Notes under the pieces: generated by a model
Seen by the model: the letters and a program-made list of their open reading frames with translations, nothing else
What the model was told of the DNA's origin: nothing
Databases searched by the model: none
Shown here: positions 1 to 10,182 of the stretch, in pieces
Layout: every line of letters begins with the position of its first letter
Position numbering within the stretch: position 1 is the first letter of the stretch
Program-made: the position numbers and the translations under genes
DNA from: Pseudomonadota bacterium
GTDB lineage: Bacteria > Pseudomonadota > Alphaproteobacteria > Micavibrionales > Micavibrionaceae
Assembly: GCA_048498395.1 (NCBI GenBank)
Contig: JBEHYB010000001.1
Span: 3,023-67,022 of the forward strand
Direction of reading: 5' to 3'
Length of the DNA stretch: 64,000 nt

Positions 1-308
1 CACCACTCGTTCGAAAAGTTCTCCCACACGAGGACATCGACCGGGCGTTCGCCGATCATCGACCACAGAGCCATCTCGATAGCGCCTGTATCGGAGGCCG
101 GCACGATGCCGATCTTGTAATCGGCAGGAATGTTCAGTGTCTGGCGGTGACGCTCGATCACTTCCTTGAGCTTCTCCTTGCCTTTGGAATGGCGGTGAGA
201 TCGGCCCAGAAATGCGTCTTTCAGCACATCAACTGTCCAGCCCGGACGTTTCGAGCATGGGCCTGATGAGAAATTCGGATTATTCGGTTTGGTCGTCGGT
301 TTTTGCAT
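1..308 (-). CDS. serC: phosphoserine aminotransferase, N-terminal part (gene runs off the left edge)
   Basis: Not in the ORF track because there is no stop in the window. My reverse-strand translation from the ATG at 308-306 gives [86 protein letters not shown]. This resembles the alphaproteobacterial-type SerC N-terminus. The gene is divergent from serB. Confidence 0.75.
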   Translation of the reverse strand, partial: MQKPTTKPNNPNFSSGPCSKRPGWTVDVLKDAFLGRSHRHSKGKEKLKEVIERHRQTLNIPADYKIGIVPASDTGAIEMALWSMIGERPVDVLVWENFSNEW

Positions 309-402
309 TTTCTGGCACCTCACCCGAGATTTTTAGCACCGGGCGGCGATAACACCAAGAGCTTCTGTTGAGCTGGAACTAAAAATCCCTATTATAGCTG
401 CT

Positions 403-1323
403 ATGTCTTTTTATCTTATATTCACCGGCGACGATATCCGCCCCAATCATCTGGCGCGGATCGAGGCGTTCCTGGACGAGAACATCATTCGTTTCTCGAC
501 AAGACCGAAATGGCTCAACCCGCACAAGGCTGTTGAGATAAGCGTCGGTGACAAGCCGCTGCCCGCGCAATGGCAAAAGCTTAAGGAGCTGCTGGCACCC
601 GACCGCATCGATGTCTTCGTGACGGCAGCCGAGAACCGCCGCAAGAAACTGATGATCGCGGATATGGACGCGACGATCGTCACCTCGGAAACGCTTGATG
701 AGCTTGCTGCGCATGCCGGTCTTAAAGACAGGATCTCGGCGATCACACAGCGTGCCATGGCGGGCGAGCTTGATTTCGAAACCGCGCTTCGCGAGCGCAT
801 CTCGATGCTCAAGGATCTGCGCCGCGAAGTCCTGCAGGAGACGCTTGAGACGACCGAGCTGAGCGCGGGGGCCGATACGCTCGTCAAGGTCATGGCGGCG
901 AATGGCGCGACCTGCGTCCTAGTCTCGGGCGGTTTCACCTTCTTTACAAAGGTCATCGCCGAGCGTGCCGGGTTCCATTTCCATCACGGCAATCATTTAC
1001 ATATAGAAAACGACGTTTTGAGCGGCACCGTCACCCCGCCGATCCTCGGCAAGGAAGCGAAATTGAGCTATCTGCTTGATTATGCTGATAAAAAAGGCCT
1101 TACCGCGCAAGATGCGTTTGCAATTGGCGACGGCGCGAACGACCTGCCAATGCTCGAAGCCGCGGGCTTAGGGGTCGGCTACCGTCCGAAGCCCCTGGTC
1201 CTGAAAGCCATCGACAACTGCATTCTTTACAGTGATTTAACCGCTGCCCTTTATATTCAGGGGTATACTCTGGATGAGATCGAGCACTCCCTGACCTCAT
1301 CTACCCCTCAAAGGATTCACTGA
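403..1323 (+). CDS. serB: phosphoserine phosphatase (HAD superfamily)
   Basis: 306-aa ORF with HAD motifs DMDATIV (DxDxT), VSGGF and GDGANDLPM. It lies next to serC. Confidence 0.85.
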   Translation: MSFYLIFTGDDIRPNHLARIEAFLDENIIRFSTRPKWLNPHKAVEISVGDKPLPAQWQKLKELLAPDRIDVFVTAAENRRKKLMIADMDATIVTSETLDELAAHAGLKDRISAITQRAMAGELDFETALRERISMLKDLRREVLQETLETTELSAGADTLVKVMAANGATCVLVSGGFTFFTKVIAERAGFHFHHGNHLHIENDVLSGTVTPPILGKEAKLSYLLDYADKKGLTAQDAFAIGDGANDLPMLEAAGLGVGYRPKPLVLKAIDNCILYSDLTAALYIQGYTLDEIEHSLTSSTPQRIH

Positions 1324-1324
1324 T

Positions 1325-2230
1325 ATGGCCAACGCTTCGAAGACCGAGCAGCTACCAAAGTTCAAGATTTCGGATGAAGAGCTCGAGGAGCTCATTCACA
1401 AATACTGCCGCGACTTCACAGCTCTCGCGCGAATGAACCGTTTCGATCCTATTACCGGACGCGACAAGGAAATTGAACAGACAATCCTGATCCTGCTGCA
1501 GAAAGGACGTAAGAACGTCGCGCTGCTTGCGCCTGCCGGGGTCGGTAAAACCGCTTTGTGCGCGGGTCTTGCGCAACGCATCGTCGCCGGTGATGTACCT
1601 GAATATCTCAAAGACGCGCGCCTGCTCGAGATCGATCTCGCCTCGATGGCCGGTGGTACGACAGGCCCCGCGGAATTCCAGGGCCGCTTTATCCCGCTCT
1701 GCCGCGGTATCGCCGAACGCTATCACGATCCGCGTTACCCAAAGACGATCCTGTTCCTCGACGAGGTCCACCAGATCATGCCGTCCTGCGAAGGCTCGTC
1801 TTATGCCGGTCTCTCGGAAGTGATGAAGCCTTATATGACAGTTGGTGACTTGAACATTATCGGCGCGACGACGCTCGATGAATTCCGCATCTATGTCGCG
1901 ATCGATCCGGCGCTTGACCGTCGTTTTCAAAAGGTTTTCCTGAGCGTGCCGACAGTGCCGCAGGCGATCAGCATCGTGAACAATCTTAAGAAGGGTTACG
2001 AGAAACACCACGGCGTGAATGTCCCCGACGCAGCCGTCGAGATTATCGTCAACCTGACCGAGAAACATATGCGCAAGCGTAACCAGCCGGATAAATCGAT
2101 CATCATGATGGATGCGGCACTCGCCCACCACGTGTTACAACACGGCAAGGGCGGCGATCTGAATATGGATTCGGTCTACTACATGATCTCGACCGAGACC
2201 GGCATTCACCCGGAAGCTCTCAAGAAATAA
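1325..2230 (+). CDS. stand-alone Clp/Hsp100 D1-type AAA+ ATPase (no N-domain, no D2)
   Basis: 301-aa ORF whose start follows the serB stop after a single intervening base. Walker A APAGVGKT, Walker B ILFLDEVH, sensor-1 IGATT, ALDRRFQKV. The D1 lead-in FDPITGRDKEIEQ is as in ClpA/ClpB. Confidence 0.8.
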   Translation: MANASKTEQLPKFKISDEELEELIHKYCRDFTALARMNRFDPITGRDKEIEQTILILLQKGRKNVALLAPAGVGKTALCAGLAQRIVAGDVPEYLKDARLLEIDLASMAGGTTGPAEFQGRFIPLCRGIAERYHDPRYPKTILFLDEVHQIMPSCEGSSYAGLSEVMKPYMTVGDLNIIGATTLDEFRIYVAIDPALDRRFQKVFLSVPTVPQAISIVNNLKKGYEKHHGVNVPDAAVEIIVNLTEKHMRKRNQPDKSIIMMDAALAHHVLQHGKGGDLNMDSVYYMISTETGIHPEALKK

Positions 2231-2232
2231 AG

Positions 2233-3240
2233 CTAAAGCGCGATCGCGCCGACAAGAATTGCCCCGAGCGTGGCAATGGATACGATCGCCCAGAGGCTGA
2301 TCCCCTGCACAAAAGGCTTGAACCCGACGGCTTTCAAAAGCTCCTTCGTCATGCCCGTCCCGATCAGGAACAATACCAGCACCATCATCCGCTTGGCGAT
2401 TTTCTCAATGAACGGCGCAGCTTCGTGACAAAGCGGGACATAGCTCGTGAGCAATGCCATGACGAGGAACCCGGCGATAAACCAGCAGCGTTTGAGGATC
2501 GACGCGAAAGGCACTCTTGTTTCGCCTTCATGTTTCCATGTCAGGCCGATCACAAAAGCAAGCGGCACGATCCATAGCGCGCGCGTCAGCTTGATCGTCG
2601 TGCCGATGCGAACCGCTTCATCGCCATACTGGATAGAGGCACCGATAACCGAGCTTGTATCGTGAATGGCAAGCCCCGCCCATAATCCGAACTGGGTTTG
2701 CGTGAGATCGAGCAGATGGCCGATAAAGGGAAAGATCAGCAAAGCCGCAGCATTGAGCAGGAACACCGTACCCAATGAGATGGCAATGGCTTCAGACCTC
2801 GCGTTGATCACGCGCGAAACGGCGGCAATTGCCGAGCCGCCGCAGATCGCGGTACCGGCGGTGATCAGAAGCGATGTATCCTTCGGCAACTTGCAGAACT
2901 TGCCGAGAGTCAAACCGATCGCGAATGTAAAGGCGATCCCGGCAATCGTATAAACGATGCCCTGCGCGCCGACCTTGAAAATATCATTGAGCGGGATGCC
3001 CGCGCCAAGCCCGACGATCGCGATCGCCATCAGCCATGTCGCCCCCGGCTTGGTTTTATCCTGATAGGGATTGCCTGCGATCAATGCGATTGCCACACCG
3101 AGCAACAGGGCAATCGGTGAAGAAATAAAACCGCTTAAGGATACAAGTACGCCAAGTGGAACAAGAACTCTGTTAATCTGCAAGATAATACTCAACGGTT
3201 GTGACGACGCGGACGGTTTTATCCGGCGTTTCGGTTTCAA
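2233..3240 (-). CDS. YeiH/UPF0324 family putative sulfate exporter (membrane protein)
   Basis: 335-aa polytopic ORF with AGTAICGGSAIAAV and LAIHDTSSVIGAS motifs typical of the YeiH family. The annotated start overlaps the upstream gene by 68 nt. An internal TTG near 3183 or 3195 may be the real start. Confidence 0.7.
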   Translation of the reverse strand: MKPKRRIKPSASSQPLSIILQINRVLVPLGVLVSLSGFISSPIALLLGVAIALIAGNPYQDKTKPGATWLMAIAIVGLGAGIPLNDIFKVGAQGIVYTIAGIAFTFAIGLTLGKFCKLPKDTSLLITAGTAICGGSAIAAVSRVINARSEAIAISLGTVFLLNAAALLIFPFIGHLLDLTQTQFGLWAGLAIHDTSSVIGASIQYGDEAVRIGTTIKLTRALWIVPLAFVIGLTWKHEGETRVPFASILKRCWFIAGFLVMALLTSYVPLCHEAAPFIEKIAKRMMVLVLFLIGTGMTKELLKAVGFKPFVQGISLWAIVSIATLGAILVGAIAL

Positions 3241-3931
3241 CTATATTTGGGTCGCGCGGCAGGATTTCGAATACGCCCTGATTGGCTGAACGAATTTGCC
3301 CAACTTTCTGGCCGCTATCCTTGGCGAATTGCTCTGCCGACGCGCGTGCGTTCTTTGTCGCATCAGCGATCATTTCCGGTTTTATATCGTTGAGTTTGGT
3401 GAACATATATTGAGGCGCGGGATTATAACCGCCATTCGGCTGCCCGAGCACGACACCGTCCTTAATAAGTTGCGACACGTTCTGCGATGCCTTGATGATG
3501 GTATCAATATCGGTCGTGCGCGCAACCAGCCCCTGTGAAAGCACATAACGCGGCCCGTTGCCGTCACCATTGTTACTGTATGTCTGGGCCTGCTTGTCGG
3601 AGACCTGGATATTCTGGATGCGGAGATTGTTTTCCTCGATGCCGTTTTCCTTGAGGAAAGCGGAAACCTTGGTTTTGTTTTCTTCCAGTTGCGCCTGCGC
3701 GGTCGGCAGGTCGTTCCCGGTCACGGTGAAATTGACGGACCATACGGCAAGATCAGCGCGCATGTCTTTTGTAGAGAGACCTTTGACGGTGACATAGCGG
3801 TCATAGCTTCTGAAATATTTCAGCCCGTCGAAAACCTTGAACCCAGCAAGACCAAGTGCGAGCGCCACAACCGCAAGCCCCAGAAACAAAAACAGATTGG
3901 ACGCAGTGGATTTATGCCCGCAACAGCTCAT
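3173..3931 (-). CDS. SIMPL (DUF541) domain protein, membrane anchored or periplasmic
   Basis: 252-aa ORF with an N-terminal hydrophobic anchor (LFLFLGLAVVALALGLAG) followed by a SIMPL-like pattern (VTVKGLS...ADLAVWSVNFTV). A GGAGG lies within the end of the upstream gene. Confidence 0.6.
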   Translation of the reverse strand: MSCCGHKSTASNLFLFLGLAVVALALGLAGFKVFDGLKYFRSYDRYVTVKGLSTKDMRADLAVWSVNFTVTGNDLPTAQAQLEENKTKVSAFLKENGIEENNLRIQNIQVSDKQAQTYSNNGDGNGPRYVLSQGLVARTTDIDTIIKASQNVSQLIKDGVVLGQPNGGYNPAPQYMFTKLNDIKPEMIADATKNARASAEQFAKDSGQKVGQIRSANQGVFEILPRDPNIVETETPDKTVRVVTTVEYYLAD

Positions 3932-3933
3932 GA

Positions 3934-4653
3934 TCAGCCTCCGAAAATTGTCTGGATATCCGCTTCATTTAATACGCGATATTGACCTTCCTGCAAATCC
4001 CCGATCTCGAGATTGCCGATACGGAAACGATGCAGGGCTTCGACATGGTTGCCGAGTGTGGAGAACATCCGGCGGATCTGGTGGTAGCGGCCTTCCTGCA
4101 AAACCATAACGCCGCTTTTAAGGCCGTCTGGCTGCCACAAGGCTGGCTTCAAGGGCTTTAAGTCATTAGCGAGGCAAAAAGTGCCTGAGAAGAATGTTTT
4201 AGCCTCGTCGCCTTTTAATTCGTCACGCAATGTCACACGATAGTGTTTTGACACATGCACTTTCGGCGAGATGATTTTGTGCAGCAATTGACCGTCATCG
4301 GTCATCAGGACAAGCCCAGTCGAATCCTTGTCAAGCCTTCCGGCAGAGGACAAAACGGGCGTGCGATGCGCGAAACGATCGGGCAGAAGATCATAGACCA
4401 GCAAGCCCTGCTCATCGGTCGAACATGTGTAATTACGCGGTTTATGCAGCAATATAGTCAGCGGCGACACGGGGTCTAGTTTCTCGCGGTCATAGGTCGC
4501 GGCATCAAGCGCGGCGAGATCGATTTGCGCGGACGGATCGCGAATGGATTTATCGCCGATCCAGAATACGCCGCGCTTGACCGCGCCCGCGACATCCTTG
4601 CGCGAACCATAGCCAAGGTTTGACAACAACCTGTCCAGTCTTATTTTGCTCAC
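3934..4653 (-). CDS. rsuA: S4-domain pseudouridine synthase, RsuA family (16S rRNA)
   Basis: 239-aa ORF with an N-terminal S4-like region (RLDRLLSNLGYGSRKD), the catalytic motif GRLDKDSTGL and HQIRRMF. Confidence 0.75.
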   Translation of the reverse strand: MSKIRLDRLLSNLGYGSRKDVAGAVKRGVFWIGDKSIRDPSAQIDLAALDAATYDREKLDPVSPLTILLHKPRNYTCSTDEQGLLVYDLLPDRFAHRTPVLSSAGRLDKDSTGLVLMTDDGQLLHKIISPKVHVSKHYRVTLRDELKGDEAKTFFSGTFCLANDLKPLKPALWQPDGLKSGVMVLQEGRYHQIRRMFSTLGNHVEALHRFRIGNLEIGDLQEGQYRVLNEADIQTIFGG

Positions 4654-5612
4654 TTGATCGCCTCGATAATTTTGAAGCCATTCTCTTCGCTTAATATGCG
4701 GTGAAATGCAAAACTTTCTGCGGCCGTCGCTTCATAAGGCAGATGACTGTTCGCCACGAAAACCAGTATACCCCCGGTTTTAAGACATTTTGCTGCATTC
4801 CTGATAAAAGCCTGGCCAATCGCAACCGATTGTTTCTTTCCTGTATGGAAGGGCGGATTCATGACAATGAAATCCTGTTCCGGCAGATCGAGATTTTTTG
4901 TAAGGTCGGCAAGCCTCGTCGTAACTTTCGCAGACCATTGATCAAGATTTTTGCTGCAGCATGCGAGCGCACGCGCATCACGGTCAAGACAGGTAAGTTT
5001 TGTGATGTCTTTATATCGCTGCAGCAATTTCAACCCGATAACGCCGATGCCACAACCAAAATCCGCGCCGGTTCCATGCAATGAAAACGGCAGGTGATGC
5101 AGCAAAGCATTGGTACCGACATCCAGATGATCCCAGCTGAACAGGCCCGGCTGCGACCATAGGCCATCGCTGCGCTGCTGGATGCCGCCTTTTTGTTCGG
5201 CTTCCGCAATCATGATGTTTGCAGCTTTCTGCGGTTCATTTGTCCATACAACCCGGCACTTATGTTTTGAGTAATCGCTGACAGGTACACCAAAACCGAC
5301 CAGTGTTTTAGCCAGCGTCTTGCCGCCACTCTCATTACTGGCCACGCAGGCAAAAACCCCGCCCTTTGCAAGCAGCTTGAGAGAAAGCGCCGTCAGGTAA
5401 CGGTTTTCATCCTTCTGTTTCGGAGAGAAGAGCAGGATGGAATTAAAGTCGGCGGACGGATTTTCGCTCGAACTTTCAGGACTCCAGAAAACCGCGTCGG
5501 GAAAATCGTTTTTCATTTCCTGATGATGGTCGTTTATGACAAGAAGTCGCGTCGGCAAAATTAATCCTGCTTCGGAGATGGAATGCAAAACGGCGCGACC
5601 TACATCAAACAT
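4650..5612 (-). CDS. class I SAM-dependent methyltransferase, RsmC/RlmG-like (rRNA m2G type)
   Basis: 320-aa ORF with the SAM site DFGCGIGVIG and the N-methylation motif VMNPPFH. It overlaps rsuA by 4 nt. Confidence 0.7.
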   Translation of the reverse strand: MFDVGRAVLHSISEAGLILPTRLLVINDHHQEMKNDFPDAVFWSPESSSENPSADFNSILLFSPKQKDENRYLTALSLKLLAKGGVFACVASNESGGKTLAKTLVGFGVPVSDYSKHKCRVVWTNEPQKAANIMIAEAEQKGGIQQRSDGLWSQPGLFSWDHLDVGTNALLHHLPFSLHGTGADFGCGIGVIGLKLLQRYKDITKLTCLDRDARALACCSKNLDQWSAKVTTRLADLTKNLDLPEQDFIVMNPPFHTGKKQSVAIGQAFIRNAAKCLKTGGILVFVANSHLPYEATAAESFAFHRILSEENGFKIIEAIK

Positions 5613-5749
5613 AAAAGTACCTTATGGAATTCTGCGTCGATTGAGAAGACCTATATAATAAAGTATAGATATATTCGTTGACGCGCCGCATCGCTGCTTT
5701 AAAAAAGAATTACTTAAAAGACCGTCCAATTAACTTTTGTGGAATTCCC

Positions 5750-6985
5750 ATGCTGATCGATCAAACATCCCCACGCCGCCCGAGAAGAAAACTTCGTATC
5801 GCCCTGAAGCTTCTGGGATGTCTGGTCGTGCTGGCCCTGATCGGCGGAACGGGTTTCATGTTCTACATGAAACATAAATACGCGAACTTCCAGATGCCGC
5901 AAACCACGCCGGGCGTTGTCGTCGCCAAGGCCGTCGATATGAATTTCTCGGATCGGCTCGAAGCCATCGGTACGGCGACGGCCGTTGAATCGGCGACCAT
6001 CACGGCGACTGTGACTGAAACCGTAAAAAGCATCAATGTCGCCGAAGGCCAGTCTGTAAAAGCGGGCACCGTGATTGTCGAACTTAATGACGACGAGGAA
6101 GCCGCCACTCTTGAAGAAGCTTCGAAATCCTATGACCGTTACAACAAACTCGCGCAGTCCAAGATCGGATCGGAAGCGCGCAAAGATCAGGAACGCGCCC
6201 GCATGGATGTTGCGCGTGCGCAACTCGCCGAACGCCGCCTTGTCGCACCTTTTGACGGCGTGCTTGGCATTCGTCAGGTCAGCGTCGGCGATCTCGTCAC
6301 ACCCGGAACGGTTATCACCACGATCGATTCCATCGACCCGATCCAGATGTCATTCTCGGTGCCGGAAGAATATCTTGCCGTGCTCAAACCCGGCCTGACC
6401 ATTCAGGCCCGCACCGATGCCTATCCCGGCAAGGTTTTTGAAGGAACGATTTCCGCGATCGACTCACGCGTCAACAGCGACACACGCGCCATCATGGTGA
6501 AAGCGCAGATACCGAACGCCGATTTCACATTGCGTCCGGGCCTCCTGATGAAAACAACCATCGTGAAAAGCAGCCGCATGGGTCTCGCCATCCCGGAAGA
6601 GGCCATCCAGTCCGCAGGAACGCAAAAATCGGTGCTTGTCGTCGGGCCTGACAACAAGGTGCAAAGCGTCAATGTCGAAACCGGCATCCGCCAGATCGGT
6701 TATGTCGAAGTGACATCCGGCCTCAAGGCTGGCGACAAGGTCATGATCGAAGGCCAGATCAAAACCCAGCCCGGCATGGAAGTGAAAATCGAGTCCGAGA
6801 AAACCATCCCCGACGCGGTCAAGACCGATCTCGATTTTTCGGTCGAGCGCAAACAGGAAGCGCTTGAAGGCATGACGGCGGCATCTGACGCGGCTCCCGC
6901 GCCACAGGCGGAACCTTCCGTCGCCGATCAGCCCGTTACAGCGCCGGCACAACCTGCCGTTAAAGAAGATACCAAACAGGAATAA
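5750..6985 (+). CDS. efflux RND periplasmic adaptor (membrane fusion protein)
   Basis: The ORF track starts at a TTG at 5678, but I prefer the ATG at 5750 (MLIDQTS...). It has a TM anchor, a lipoyl/hairpin-like region (VKAGTVIVELND...LVAPFDGVLG) and an Ala/Pro-rich tail. The RND pump gene is immediately downstream. Confidence 0.8.
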   Translation: MLIDQTSPRRPRRKLRIALKLLGCLVVLALIGGTGFMFYMKHKYANFQMPQTTPGVVVAKAVDMNFSDRLEAIGTATAVESATITATVTETVKSINVAEGQSVKAGTVIVELNDDEEAATLEEASKSYDRYNKLAQSKIGSEARKDQERARMDVARAQLAERRLVAPFDGVLGIRQVSVGDLVTPGTVITTIDSIDPIQMSFSVPEEYLAVLKPGLTIQARTDAYPGKVFEGTISAIDSRVNSDTRAIMVKAQIPNADFTLRPGLLMKTTIVKSSRMGLAIPEEAIQSAGTQKSVLVVGPDNKVQSVNVETGIRQIGYVEVTSGLKAGDKVMIEGQIKTQPGMEVKIESEKTIPDAVKTDLDFSVERKQEALEGMTAASDAAPAPQAEPSVADQPVTAPAQPAVKEDTKQE

Positions 6986-7008
6986 CGATTAACTGAAGTT
7001 CAGGGCCC

Positions 7009-10000
7009 ATGTTTTTATCTGATGTTTCCATTCGCCGCCCGGTTTTCGCGAGCGTTATCAACCTGCTGATTATCATCATCGGGATCGTCGCTTTTACGAA
7101 ACTTCCCTTGCGCGAATTCCCGGATATCGACGCGCCGGTGATTTCGGTTGAAACGACTTACACGGGCGCGTCCTCCAAGGTCATTGAGACCCGCGTGACA
7201 CAAATCCTCGAAGATTCCATTTCCGGTATCGAGGGAATCAAGTCCATCGAGTCCAAATCACAGGACGGGATTTCAACCATCTCCGTTGAGTTTAACATCA
7301 ACCGCAACGTCGATGAAGCGGCGAACGATATCCGCGACCGCGTTTCACGCGTTGCCGGACAATTGCCCGAAGAGGCCGATGCCCCACAGATTTCAAAGCT
7401 GGATGCGAACACCCAGCCGATTTTCTGGATGGCCCTGCAAAGCGATACTAAAAATGCGCTTGAACTGACGGATTATGCGGACCGCTTCCTTGTCGACCGC
7501 CTGTCCGTCCTGCCCGGTGTCTCGAAAATCCAGATCGGTGGTGAACGCCGCTATGCCATGCGCATCTGGCTCGACCGCAAGGCGATGGCCGCGCGCGGCA
7601 TCACGGCGGACGATATCGAGAACACACTGCGCCGCGAGAACGTCGAATTGCCGGCAGGTCGTATCGAATCCCTGTCGCGGGAATTTTCAGTCCGCATCGA
7701 CCGTGTCTATAACAAGCTGGAGGACTTCCAGAATCTCGTCATCAAGCGCGGTAGCGACGGTTATCTCGTCCGCTTGTCCGATGTCGCCAAGGTCGAAAAA
7801 GGCGCACGCGACGAGCGCACCGAGCTGCGCTATAACGGCCGCTCTTCGATCGGTCTCGGCATTGCCAAGCAATCGAACGCCAATACCCTGTCTGTTATCC
7901 GCGAAGCCAAGGAAGAAATGGCGAAGATCCAGCAGACCTTGCCCAAGGATATCGTGCTTGAAATCGCCTTCGACTCGGCCGTGTTCATTGAATCGGCCAT
8001 TCACGAAGTTTACAAAACGATCTTCGAGACGATCCTTTTCGTCGTCATCGTCATCTGGCTGTTCCTCGGCTCGCTGCGCGCGACGATCATCCCGGCCGTC
8101 GCGATTCCTGTCTCGCTGATCGGTTCGATGATCTTCCTGCTGGCGCTCGGCTATTCGATCAACCTGCTGACGCTGCTTGCGCTGATCCTTGCCATCGGTC
8201 TTGTCGTCGACGACGCAATTGTCGTGCTTGAAAACATCTATAAACGCATCGAAGCCGGCACGCCGCCGCTTGCCGCTGCGTTCAAGGGCACCAACCAGGT
8301 CGCTTTCGCGGTTATCGCGACGACGCTCGTTCTGGTTGCCGTGTTCATCCCTGTCTCCCTGATCCCGGGCGATGCCGGAAAACTCTTTACCGAATTCGCC
8401 TGGGCGATGATCGGCGCGATCGTATTCTCGGCTTTCACAGCGTTGTCACTGTCGCCGATGTTAAGCTCGCAAATCCTGAAGCTGTCCAAGGACGGCCACC
8501 AGGTCAATGCCATTACCCGCAAAATAAACGGCTGGCTTGATATCGCGACCGAAAAATACCTGCGCACGCTCGATAAATCCTTCGCGAAGCCGCGATATAC
8601 CTTCCTGTTCATGGCCTGCGTGATCGGCGTTGGTGCGTTGTTCTTCAACAACATCAAATCTGAATACGTGCCGACTGAAGACCGCGGTTATTTCCTTGCC
8701 GTGATGATGGCCCCGGAAGGTTCTTCGCTGGAATACGCGAAGCGTCACATGAAGATGGTTGAGGACAAGCTCGTCAAGCTGCTGCCTAAATACGGCGACC
8801 AGAAAGGCACCGGCGAAGCACGCGGTGTGGTCACGATCGTCCCTGCCGGCTTCTCAAGCACGGGTGCCGTCAATGGCGGTTTTGCTTTCGTGCTGCTTGA
8901 ACCATGGGAAAAACGTCACCGTTCGGTCGGACAAATGGTCTATGGCGACTTCCAGAAAGGCACGCCGGGCCTATTCCAGGATTTCTCATCGATCCCCGGC
9001 GCGCTCGCCTTTCCGATCCAGCCTTCTTCTGTCGGTGGCGGCGGTTTTAACCAGCCGGTGCAATTCGTCATTGGTGGCTCGAGCTATGAAGAACTTGCCA
9101 AATGGCGTGATCTGATGCTGCCGAAAATCCGCGCCAACACGAAACTTGCCAACGTCGACTGGGATTACAAGGAAACCAAGCCGCAGCTTGATATCGCCAT
9201 CGATCGCGACCGTGCCGCCGAACTGGGTGTCACCGTCGAGGCTATCGGTTCCGCGCTGCAGACCTTCTTCGGCTCGCTTAAAGCCACGACCTATCTCGAC
9301 AAGGGCGAAGAATATGATGTCGTGCTGCAGGGTCAGGATCAGGATCGCGTGACCCCGACCGACATGACGAATATCTATGTCCGCTCGACGCGCACCAATG
9401 AACTTATCCCGCTCTCGAACCTCGTGAAGATCACGGAAACTGCCGATGCCGGATCGCTGAACCGTTATAACCGCGTGCGTGCGATCACTTTCAGCGCGGG
9501 CCTTGCGCAGGGCTACACGATCGGCGAAGCACTCAAGTTCCTCGAAGATACAGCGAAGGAAACTCTGCCTGCCGAAGCGCGTATCGATTACAAGGGCGAT
9601 TCAAGCGACTTCAAGAGCACAGGCACAGGGATTTATCTCACTTTCCTGCTGGCGCTGATCGCCGTGTATCTTTTCCTCGCCGCCCAGTTCGAGAACTGGA
9701 TTCACCCATTCGTGATTATGATGACCGTGCCGCTCGCCATTGTCGGCGCGTTGTGGGGACTGTTCCTGACCGGCGCGACGCTCAACATCTACACCCAGAT
9801 CGGCCTCATCATGCTCGTCGGTCTTGCGACGAAGAACGGCATCCTGATCGTCGAATTCGCGAACCAGTTGCGAGACGAAGGCGTGGAATTCAGCATGGCG
9901 ATCAAAACCGCGGCCCAGCAGCGTATCCGTCCAATCATCATGACCTCGATGGCAGCTGTCGCTGGCGCAGTTCCGCTGGTACTGGCATCAGGTGCCGGCG

Positions 10001-10182
10001 CAGAGAGCCGCTTCCCGATCGGTGTGGTCATTTTCGCCGGCGTTATCTTCGCGACTTTCTTTACCCTGTTCGTCGTGCCGACGTTCTATTCATTGTTCGC
10101 GCGCAACACCAAATCGCCTGAAGCCACAGGTCACAAACTTGAAGAACAGCTTAGAGCTACAGAGAAACAAGACGCTTCATGA
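7009..10182 (+). CDS. efflux RND transporter permease (AcrB/HAE1-like)
   Basis: 1057-aa ORF with 12-TM architecture, two large periplasmic loops and a typical N-terminus (FLSDVSIRRPVFASVINL...). Confidence 0.9.
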   Translation: MFLSDVSIRRPVFASVINLLIIIIGIVAFTKLPLREFPDIDAPVISVETTYTGASSKVIETRVTQILEDSISGIEGIKSIESKSQDGISTISVEFNINRNVDEAANDIRDRVSRVAGQLPEEADAPQISKLDANTQPIFWMALQSDTKNALELTDYADRFLVDRLSVLPGVSKIQIGGERRYAMRIWLDRKAMAARGITADDIENTLRRENVELPAGRIESLSREFSVRIDRVYNKLEDFQNLVIKRGSDGYLVRLSDVAKVEKGARDERTELRYNGRSSIGLGIAKQSNANTLSVIREAKEEMAKIQQTLPKDIVLEIAFDSAVFIESAIHEVYKTIFETILFVVIVIWLFLGSLRATIIPAVAIPVSLIGSMIFLLALGYSINLLTLLALILAIGLVVDDAIVVLENIYKRIEAGTPPLAAAFKGTNQVAFAVIATTLVLVAVFIPVSLIPGDAGKLFTEFAWAMIGAIVFSAFTALSLSPMLSSQILKLSKDGHQVNAITRKINGWLDIATEKYLRTLDKSFAKPRYTFLFMACVIGVGALFFNNIKSEYVPTEDRGYFLAVMMAPEGSSLEYAKRHMKMVEDKLVKLLPKYGDQKGTGEARGVVTIVPAGFSSTGAVNGGFAFVLLEPWEKRHRSVGQMVYGDFQKGTPGLFQDFSSIPGALAFPIQPSSVGGGGFNQPVQFVIGGSSYEELAKWRDLMLPKIRANTKLANVDWDYKETKPQLDIAIDRDRAAELGVTVEAIGSALQTFFGSLKATTYLDKGEEYDVVLQGQDQDRVTPTDMTNIYVRSTRTNELIPLSNLVKITETADAGSLNRYNRVRAITFSAGLAQGYTIGEALKFLEDTAKETLPAEARIDYKGDSSDFKSTGTGIYLTFLLALIAVYLFLAAQFENWIHPFVIMMTVPLAIVGALWGLFLTGATLNIYTQIGLIMLVGLATKNGILIVEFANQLRDEGVEFSMAIKTAAQQRIRPIIMTSMAAVAGAVPLVLASGAGAESRFPIGVVIFAGVIFATFFTLFVVPTFYSLFARNTKSPEATGHKLEEQLRATEKQDAS

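Noticed and set aside
1352-2131. 259-aa antisense ORF, and similar long antisense ORFs (7475-8119, 27257-27931, 28142-28789, 36601-37239, 40925-41449, 44152-44661, 61950-62558)
   Set aside because: Each lies opposite a gene with strong family motifs. Their products are Arg/His/Phe-rich with no recognisable motif, as expected for open antisense frames in moderately GC-rich coding DNA.
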